DNA of 64,000 nucleotides from Eubacteriales bacterium (lineage in GTDB: Bacteria > Bacillota > Clostridia > Oscillospirales > CAG-272). The stretch lies in the NCBI GenBank assembly GCA_045603085.1, contig JAZULL010000059.1, positions 3,585 to 67,584 of the forward strand, given 5' to 3'. The notes below the pieces were generated by a model. It was not told the origin of the DNA. It saw nothing but the letters and a program-made list of their open reading frames with translations, and searched no databases. Shown here in pieces: positions 57,807-64,000 of the stretch. Position 1 is the first letter of the stretch; each line of letters begins with the position of its first letter. The position numbers were made by a program, and so were the translations under genes.

Positions 57807-58346
57807 ATGAGCGATATCGATGCTATGAACGTTGGCCCAAGATGGTATGTGGCGCACACCTATTCGGGTTACGAAAACAAAGTAAAAACCAGCCTTGAAA
57901 AAATCGTTGAGAACCGCGGCCTGGGAGATCTGATCTTCGATATCAGAGTTCCTGTGGAAACTGTGGTTGAAAAGAGCGGCGGCGAAGAAAAGATCACCGA
58001 GGTTAAGATCTTCCCCAGCTACGTGCTGATCAAGATGATCATGACCGACGAGTCCTGGCACGCTGTCCGTAACATTACCGGTGTGACCGGCTTTGTCGGC
58101 CCCGGATCCCGTCCCACCCCCCTGACCCCCGAAGAGGTCGAGGCGCTGAACATTGAAGAGGTAAAGGTAAAGCTTTCCTTCAACGTTGGCGACACGGTAG
58201 AGGTCATCAGCGGCTTGTTCGAAGGCTACTCCGGTGTTGTCCAGTCTATCTCGGACGACCTGAAGAATGTCACGGTCCTTGTTAAGAGAGGCCGCCGCGA
58301 CATGCCCGTAGAGCTTGATGCATCCATGATCAAGCCTGCGAACTAA
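57807..58346 (+). CDS. nusG: Transcription factor NusG
   Basis: WYVAHTYSGYENKV, FPSYVL, VRNITGVTGFVG, KOW motif. Confidence 0.96.
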   Translation: MSDIDAMNVGPRWYVAHTYSGYENKVKTSLEKIVENRGLGDLIFDIRVPVETVVEKSGGEEKITEVKIFPSYVLIKMIMTDESWHAVRNITGVTGFVGPGSRPTPLTPEEVEALNIEEVKVKLSFNVGDTVEVISGLFEGYSGVVQSISDDLKNVTVLVKRGRRDMPVELDASMIKPAN

Positions 58347-58412
58347 TGATCCCCAAAAAGATCACAAAGCTGTCCGTGCCACGGACAGGACTGTCCCGCA
58401 AGGACAGAATCA

Positions 58413-58457
58413 GTGGGAGGGAGAAAAATTCTGCAATTCTCCCGCACAAAGTACCAC
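58413..58457 (+). promoter_or_regulatory. Putative L1-binding leader of rplK-rplA
   Basis: GTGGGAG-hairpin-TACCAC just upstream of the rplK RBS, matching the Firmicute L1 autoregulatory site layout. Confidence 0.6.
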
Positions 58458-58476
58458 ATATGGAGGTTAAGTAAAA

Positions 58477-58902
58477 ATGGCAAAGAAAGTATTAGGGTAT
58501 ATCAAGTTGCAGCTGCCCGCAGGTAAGGCTACTCCTCAGCCTCCCGTAGGTCCCGCTCTGGGTCAGTACGGTGTTGCAATTCCCGTATTTACAAAAGAAT
58601 TCAACGAAAGAACCAAGAATGACATCGGTCTGACGATCCCCGTTGTTATTACTGTTTACGCAGACCGTTCCTTCACCTTTATCACCAAGACTCCTCCCGC
58701 GCCCGTTCTGATCAAGAAGGCTTGCGGTCTGGAATCCGGTTCGGCTAAGCCCAACAAGGATAAGGTTGCAAAGATCACCAAGGAACAGGTCAGAAAGATC
58801 GCAGAAACCAAGATGCCCGACCTGAACGCTGCTGACATCGAAGCTGCTATGAGCATGATCGCCGGCACCGCACGCAGCATGGGCGTTGTGGTAGAAGACT
58901 AA
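58477..58902 (+). CDS. rplK: 50S ribosomal protein L11
   Basis: [29 protein letters not shown]. Confidence 0.97.
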   Translation: MAKKVLGYIKLQLPAGKATPQPPVGPALGQYGVAIPVFTKEFNERTKNDIGLTIPVVITVYADRSFTFITKTPPAPVLIKKACGLESGSAKPNKDKVAKITKEQVRKIAETKMPDLNAADIEAAMSMIAGTARSMGVVVED

Positions 58903-58919
58903 GAAGGAGGTATACCGTA

Positions 58920-59615
58920 ATGGCAAAGATGGGTAAGAAGTATTCCGATAGCGCTAAGCTGATCGAGAAGTCCAGATTGTATGATACCGCAGAAGCTCTT
59001 GCATTGGTATGCCAGACTTCCAAGGCTAAGTTTGACGAGACTGTAGAAGTACACGTCCGTCTGGGTGTTGACTCCCGTCACGCTGACCAGCAGGTCAGAG
59101 GCGCAGTCGTACTGCCCAACGGTACCGGTAAGACCGTAAGAACCCTGGTATTCGCTAAGGGTGACAACGTTCAGGCTGCTATCGATGCAGGTGCTGATTA
59201 CGTTGGCGGCGCTGAGTACGCTGAAAAGATCCAGAAGGAAAACTGGTTCGAGTTTGACGTTGTAATCGCATCCCCCGACATGATGGGCGTTATCGGCCGT
59301 CTGGGTAAGGTTCTGGGTCCTAAGGGCCTGATGCCCTCTCCCAAGGCAGGCACCGTTACCACCGACGTAGCTCGCGCAGTTCGCGAGGCTAAGGCAGGTA
59401 AGATCGAGTACCGTCTTGACAAGACCAACATCATTCACTGCCCCATTGGCAAGGCTTCCTTCGGCCCCGAGAAGCTGCAGGAAAACTTTGACACTCTGCT
59501 GGGTGCCATCATCAAGGCAAAGCCCGCAGCAGCAAAGGGTCAGTATATCAAGAGCTGTGTTGTGGCTTCCACCATGGGCCCCGGCATCAAGATCAACGGC
59601 GCAAAGCTGAGCTGA
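58920..59615 (+). CDS. rplA: 50S ribosomal protein L1
   Basis: [35 protein letters not shown]. Confidence 0.97.
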   Translation: MAKMGKKYSDSAKLIEKSRLYDTAEALALVCQTSKAKFDETVEVHVRLGVDSRHADQQVRGAVVLPNGTGKTVRTLVFAKGDNVQAAIDAGADYVGGAEYAEKIQKENWFEFDVVIASPDMMGVIGRLGKVLGPKGLMPSPKAGTVTTDVARAVREAKAGKIEYRLDKTNIIHCPIGKASFGPEKLQENFDTLLGAIIKAKPAAAKGQYIKSCVVASTMGPGIKINGAKLS

Positions 59616-59632
59616 TAGGCTTTTGAGAACAG

Positions 59633-59668
59633 AAAAACGCGAGATGCAGATGCATCTCGCGTTTTTTT
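59633..59668 (+). terminator. Terminator after rplA
   Basis: AAAAACGCGAGATGCA-GA-TGCATCTCGCGTTTTTTT. Confidence 0.85.
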
Positions 59669-59692
59669 ATGCGATTGATGTTTTCGGGGAAA

Positions 59693-59863
59693 GTGATATT
59701 GTTGCATAGCAATTTGTTGCATAGCAACAGTGATATTCTGTTCGCCATGAAACTTGCGAAGCAAATAACACTCACCGCAGGTGAATAACACTGCCGTAGG
59801 CAATATCACTCGCCAAAGGCGAATAGAACTGAATTTTATTCAGATGTTATCTGAATAAAATTC
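59693..59863. repeat. Bipartite inverted hairpin-linker array (GTGATAT... / ...AT(A/A)(T/A)CAC)
   Basis: GTGATATT at 59693 and 59730; AATAACAC at 59764 and 59784; AATATCAC at 59802; hairpins between; terminal 15-bp hairpin over a stop codon. Confidence 0.8.
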
Positions 59864-60722
59864 CATACCCCCAACCGACGCGGCCGCCGGACTTTAAGTG
59901 CTCGACAAACGCGCGGCGCAGGGAGGTATCGGTGGGCAGACGGTCGGGATTGCGCTCGGCAGTGTCAAACAAGCACCAAAGGCTCTCGCCGTCCGAGTGA
60001 TCCCAGGAAAGAATTTCAAATTCCTTCATAAAACGGAGCACGTTGGACCCAACGGATACAAATTCGGTCATGCAGGGGTAGAGCAACCAGGAATGGCACA
60101 CGAAGGGAACCTTTTCTCCTTGCAATTGATCCTTAAAGAATTCCTTGGCGCGGGCAAAGGAGTCCTCGTAAAGCGCAGGCGAGAGCGGCTGTCCCGAGCG
60201 GGGAATATGCATGTTGAGCACCTTGCTCTCTTTGCCAAGGGAGATTCCGTTTTTTTGGTATTCGCGGCCGAAATCCACCACCTCGAATTGCAAGCGGCCC
60301 AGCGCAAAGCGGGTCATTTTGAACCAACCGGGCATCCAGAACGCTACGAACATGCCGCGCACACCGCGCACGAGCTTACATTCCTCCAATTTGTAGCGCA
60401 GATCCAGCATACTGTCATGCCAGATCGCGTCGTCGATTCCGCGCTCGGCATACGTCTTGCGCAAATGCTTGGAAAGGCAGATAAACAGCAACAGATCGGC
60501 GGTATGGTTGTGCACGCCCACCAATCGCGACGCCTGCTTGACCTGCGCGGTCAGGGAATTGTAATCGCAGTCGATATTTGCCTCGTAGGTGGCGACTGCC
60601 TGCTTGAACAGCGCGGCGGCCTCCGGATTTGCCATGATCTTGTCGTAAGCGGCCAGTAGAAAATCGGCGTCGTCGGGGGAGTAGTCAAAGTCCTTGAAAA
60701 ATTTTTGCAAATACGTTTTCAT
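59847..60722 (-). CDS. Acyltransferase-domain protein (DUF5596 + GNAT-like C-terminus), copy 1
   Basis: RFALGRLQFE, NMHIPRSGQPL, FVCHSWLLYP, DTSLRRA; GGGAG RBS. Confidence 0.75.
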   Translation of the reverse strand: MKTYLQKFFKDFDYSPDDADFLLAAYDKIMANPEAAALFKQAVATYEANIDCDYNSLTAQVKQASRLVGVHNHTADLLLFICLSKHLRKTYAERGIDDAIWHDSMLDLRYKLEECKLVRGVRGMFVAFWMPGWFKMTRFALGRLQFEVVDFGREYQKNGISLGKESKVLNMHIPRSGQPLSPALYEDSFARAKEFFKDQLQGEKVPFVCHSWLLYPCMTEFVSVGSNVLRFMKEFEILSWDHSDGESLWCLFDTAERNPDRLPTDTSLRRAFVEHLKSGGRVGWGYGILFR

Positions 60723-60745
60723 AAGTTGCTCCCGAACAGCGTAAA

Positions 60746-60948
60746 GTGATATTATTGCTTCGCAACAGTGATATTTTGGCTTCGCCAAAGTGGTATTGCT
60801 CGGCTACGCCTTGCAGTGGTATTCTATTCGCCCTATAACTCGCGTAGCGAATAACACTTGGACGAAGTCCAAATATCACTGCTATGCAATATCACTCGCC
60901 GCAGGCGAATAGAACTGCATTTTGTTCAGAGTTATCTGAACAAAATGC
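60746..60948. repeat. Bipartite inverted hairpin-linker array, second copy
   Basis: GTG(A/G)TATT at 60746, 60768, 60790 and 60816; ATAACAC/ATATCAC x3; ends ATAGAACTG followed by a 14-bp hairpin over a stop codon. Confidence 0.8.
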
Positions 60949-61810
60949 CAAACCCCCAACCCACTCTTCCGCCGTTTTGCAGGTGCGTGACAAACGCGCG
61001 GCGCAGAGAGGTGTCGGCGGGCAGACGGTCGGGATGACGCTCCATGGTGTCAAACAGACGCCAGAGATCCTCACCGTCGTTGTAGTGGCTGTCCATAATG
61101 GTAAATTCCGAGAGAAATTTGTAGGTGTTGAGGTGCTCGGGCACGAACTTGGCCGTGTCGGGGTAGAGTAGCCACGAGTGGCACACGAAGGGAACGGGGT
61201 CAACACCGACAAAGGTGTCCTTGTAAAACTCCTTGGCGCGGGCAAAGGCGTCCTCGTAAAGCGCTTTCGAGAGCGGTTGGCCGCTGCGGGGAATGTGCAT
61301 GTTGATGGTTTTTGTGCCCTTGGTGACCGAAACGTCTCCAATTTGGTAGTCGTTGTCCATGACGTGGATCTCAAACTGCAATCTTCCCAGCGCAAAGCGG
61401 GTGAGATTGAAAAATCCGGGGAACCAGCCCGCCACAAACGAGCCGCAGATGCCGCAGACAGCACGGCACTCCTCCAGCTTGTAGCGCAGATCCAGCATGG
61501 AGTCGTGCCAGATCTCACGGGGCAAATTCGCTTCGACGTAGCGTTCTCTGAGCTTGCGGGAATAGCAGATAAAGAGCAAAAGCTCGGCCGTGTAGTTGTG
61601 CACGCCCACGGTGTCGCCGGCTTGTCTTGCTTGGTGCATGGCGGTGCCGTAGTCGCAGTTCTGATCTGCATCGTAGGCGGCCAGCGCGGCGGAAAAGAAG
61701 GTGTTCGCCTGCCCGTTTGCTGTGATCTTGTCGTAAGCTGCAAGCAGGACCTCGGCATCCGCCTCGGGATATTCGAATTCCTTAAAAAATTCTATCAGAT
61801 AAAGTTTCAT
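60932..61810 (-). CDS. Acyltransferase-domain protein, copy 2 (tandem paralog)
   Basis: Same motifs as copy 1; AAGGAG RBS. Confidence 0.75.
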   Translation of the reverse strand: MKLYLIEFFKEFEYPEADAEVLLAAYDKITANGQANTFFSAALAAYDADQNCDYGTAMHQARQAGDTVGVHNYTAELLLFICYSRKLRERYVEANLPREIWHDSMLDLRYKLEECRAVCGICGSFVAGWFPGFFNLTRFALGRLQFEIHVMDNDYQIGDVSVTKGTKTINMHIPRSGQPLSKALYEDAFARAKEFYKDTFVGVDPVPFVCHSWLLYPDTAKFVPEHLNTYKFLSEFTIMDSHYNDGEDLWRLFDTMERHPDRLPADTSLRRAFVTHLQNGGRVGWGFGILFR

Positions 61811-61820
61811 AGTAATCTCC

Positions 61821-63185
61821 TTACAGCGCAAAATACTTGCGGATCATATCCGGGATCTGTCCCTTCATGGCGCGCAGGACCTCAGCTGCTCCGGGATCGC
61901 CCGCGACGTATCGGTTCATGTAGTAGCCCTCGGCCTTGCAGGCAAGATCATGCATGGGGAAATAGTTTTCCATCAAGAAGCATGCATATTTTTGCAGTCT
62001 GAAATCTCCAACGAGTCGGTATTCTTTGCTAATGGTGTCCACCGCCACCGAGTATTTGTGCTTGATGGACTCGATTAGCGCGGCCGTGGTGTTTTCGGGC
62101 GCGAACACGATAGTGGAGCAGATCAGAGCGTTGCGGTTGTGCTCGGCAATTGAGCTGTGGCTGTCGGTGCTGCCAACGATGGGATGATCGATCCCCCTCT
62201 GCTTCATTTCGTAGTAAAGAGCGGTCTGGAAGCCGTTGTGCGAGAAAAGATTCTCACCGCCCAGCACCTCAAAGGCGTCGAAGGGGGCTTTTTCGTATAT
62301 GTAGTAGGTGTAATCCTCGGGCAGCTGCATCAGATCCGAGAGCCAGTAGGGGTGCGGGAAAATGCCAAGGCCCTCTGCGGCCTGCACCTGCTCATGGATC
62401 CATTCCAGCACGGCAAAGCTCATGCGCTCCGAGCGCTTTTCGCGGTCCACCTTGGCGGCGCGCTCCTCGATCATAGCGGCGAATTGCTCGTGCGTCATTG
62501 TGTCGGGCGCGTTGCCGTCCATGGAGCGCCATGCGGGATCGTCGCCCGCCTTTTCCTGATTGGGGTTGGGGCTGACCAGCGCATTGATGCTGAATTTGCC
62601 GCCGAAATTGACGTAGTGGACGTCATTGTGGGGCAGATGTATCTCCTCGCCCTGCACGACGTTCAAATCGGTCAGATCCTTCCAAAAGGCCTGCGCCTCA
62701 AGGGAAGGGTAGTAGCGGTGGTGATCGGAAATAACGGTAAAGTCATAGCCGTTGCCGCGATAATTGGCGCAAACCACCTCGGGCGCCTGGCCGCCGTCCG
62801 AGCGGCGGGTGTGCATGTGCAGATCTCCGCGGTACGGGTATTTTCCCGCCATATCATCGGCCAGCGAATAGACCGATAACTGCACGCTGTGGCGCGCGTC
62901 GGGGCTGTCGCAGATGCGGATATAGTGCTCGCCCTCGCCCTTGAAATGGGCAGTCAGGCGCAGACAGCCGTCGGCGTCGGGAGTGACAGTCAGTATAGAA
63001 CGGCCTGTGTATTCGGGATAGGTGTGGGGAGAGCCCTCGTTGACCTTGCAGATGCGGACTGTATAGGTGTGATCGGGGGTGAATGCGGCCTGCCAACCAA
63101 GTGGCTGAATGGTCACGGTGGTTTCCCGGTCTCCAAGGAACACCTTGGGATAAATATCGTAATTGTAAAGAGTCGGATGCATCAT
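61821..63185 (-). CDS. PHP-domain metallophosphoesterase-like protein
   Basis: GDLHMHTRRSDG, ISDH, GEE, HPYW, GSTDSH. Confidence 0.8.
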   Translation of the reverse strand: MMHPTLYNYDIYPKVFLGDRETTVTIQPLGWQAAFTPDHTYTVRICKVNEGSPHTYPEYTGRSILTVTPDADGCLRLTAHFKGEGEHYIRICDSPDARHSVQLSVYSLADDMAGKYPYRGDLHMHTRRSDGGQAPEVVCANYRGNGYDFTVISDHHRYYPSLEAQAFWKDLTDLNVVQGEEIHLPHNDVHYVNFGGKFSINALVSPNPNQEKAGDDPAWRSMDGNAPDTMTHEQFAAMIEERAAKVDREKRSERMSFAVLEWIHEQVQAAEGLGIFPHPYWLSDLMQLPEDYTYYIYEKAPFDAFEVLGGENLFSHNGFQTALYYEMKQRGIDHPIVGSTDSHSSIAEHNRNALICSTIVFAPENTTAALIESIKHKYSVAVDTISKEYRLVGDFRLQKYACFLMENYFPMHDLACKAEGYYMNRYVAGDPGAAEVLRAMKGQIPDMIRKYFAL

Positions 63186-63244
63186 AAACCTCCCCGAGTA
63201 AAATTTCTATCTTCATGATAGCACATCGCGTTGGATTTGTCAAT

Positions 63245-63276
63245 AAAAAGCCCCCGACAACTGTGGTTGTCGGGGG
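63245..63276 (-). terminator. Terminator after the YwaF-like gene
   Basis: AAAAAG-CCCCCGACAAC-TGTG-GTTGTCGGGGG. Confidence 0.75.
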
Positions 63277-63288
63277 TGAATCTACGTA

Positions 63289-64000
63289 TTATTGTGCGCT
63301 TACTTTGGGCGCAAGCAGTCGGCGGCACAGTTTGTAGAGATGATATGCGCCGAGGGTGAAGAGCATGTCAAGACAGGTCACGATGATGACGTAAAGGATC
63401 TGCGTCGGCCAGTATCCGATCAGGCCGTGCATCATCAGCCGCACGTTTTCCAGAGGGGGAATGTTGCATTGATAGAGGTTGTTGAAGTTGGTTTTCAGGA
63501 CGTGCGAGACGATGGCGGCGACCACGCAGTATCCGCCGATAAAGAGCACGGGCGGCTTCCAATCGCCCGTTTGGGGCTCGAACACGTTCAGCGCCACCAT
63601 CAGCATAAAGGCGAGCATGGCAAGATTGTGGAAGGTGACCGTGTGGAATGCGAAAAAGCTGTTGAAATAATTCTCAATATCCCACGCGCTGTAGATCAGG
63701 GAGGGGTAGATGGCGGTCAGGGTAAAGACAGCGGTGGTCAGCCCGACGGCAATGCTTGCCACAATACGCTGATGCTTGCCGCGCCAGAAGGCAAAGGCGG
63801 GCAGGGAAAACAGCACAAGCGAGCAGAAATGCAGGGGGATGTGATAGAGATCGTACCCTCTTGCAAAGGAAAAGGTCTGCTTGAGAATTTCCAGCAGTAC
63901 CAGAATGCCCGCCACGACCTGCAGGGGAATCATGCGCACGCGCAGGGACTTGTTGCCAAGCCACAGCCGAAGCGCCAGCGAGATGATCGCCATGACCGCC
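63289..64000 (-). CDS. YwaF/TMEM164-family membrane protein (5' end probably outside window)
   Basis: Multi-TM; LEILKQ, HIPLHFCS, TFH, TNFNNL motifs. Confidence 0.7.
   Translation of the reverse strand, partial: AVMAIISLALRLWLGNKSLRVRMIPLQVVAGILVLLEILKQTFSFARGYDLYHIPLHFCSLVLFSLPAFAFWRGKHQRIVASIAVGLTTAVFTLTAIYPSLIYSAWDIENYFNSFFAFHTVTFHNLAMLAFMLMVALNVFEPQTGDWKPPVLFIGGYCVVAAIVSHVLKTNFNNLYQCNIPPLENVRLMMHGLIGYWPTQILYVIIVTCLDMLFTLGAYHLYKLCRRLLAPKVSAQ

Noticed and set aside
58370-58407. Twin CTGTCC...GGACAG hairpins after nusG as a mobile repeat
   Set aside because: Only two local copies with no linker motif; probably mRNA stability or processing structures.
1-64000. tRNA, rRNA, prophage or IS elements
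   Set aside because: No cloverleaf or rRNA signature and no integrase, transposase or phage structural motif recognised.

Overview
Chromosomal segment of a moderately GC-rich Clostridia-like Firmicute (Shine-Dalgarno sites, sigma-A and probable sporulation-sigma promoters, rpmG-secE-nusG-rplK-rplA). No rRNA, tRNA, CRISPR-cas, integrase or transposase was seen. Housekeeping genes: class I lysS with a C-terminal tRNA-binding domain, manA, fba, pyk, mrnC, ppiB and ribosomal genes. Accessory content is mostly cell-surface: a cluster of exported proteins sharing an unnamed ~110-aa beta-rich repeat and a Cys-containing C-terminal anchor, a cohesin-like protein, GH123-, GH127- and GH106-like hydrolases, a ~2900-aa S8 protease-LRR protein heading an Opp operon, and a divergent redoxin lipoprotein trio. 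The most unusual observations are: (i) four intergenic arrays of variable hairpins joined by constant 7-nt linkers (GTGATAT or GTTATGA), each next to a hairpin that covers a gene's stop codon; (ii) a SecE with a signal peptide, a Thr/Glu stalk and an extra TM helix; (iii) a possible non-LPXTG Cys-based sorting signal. Family calls come from motif recognition by eye, not database searches.
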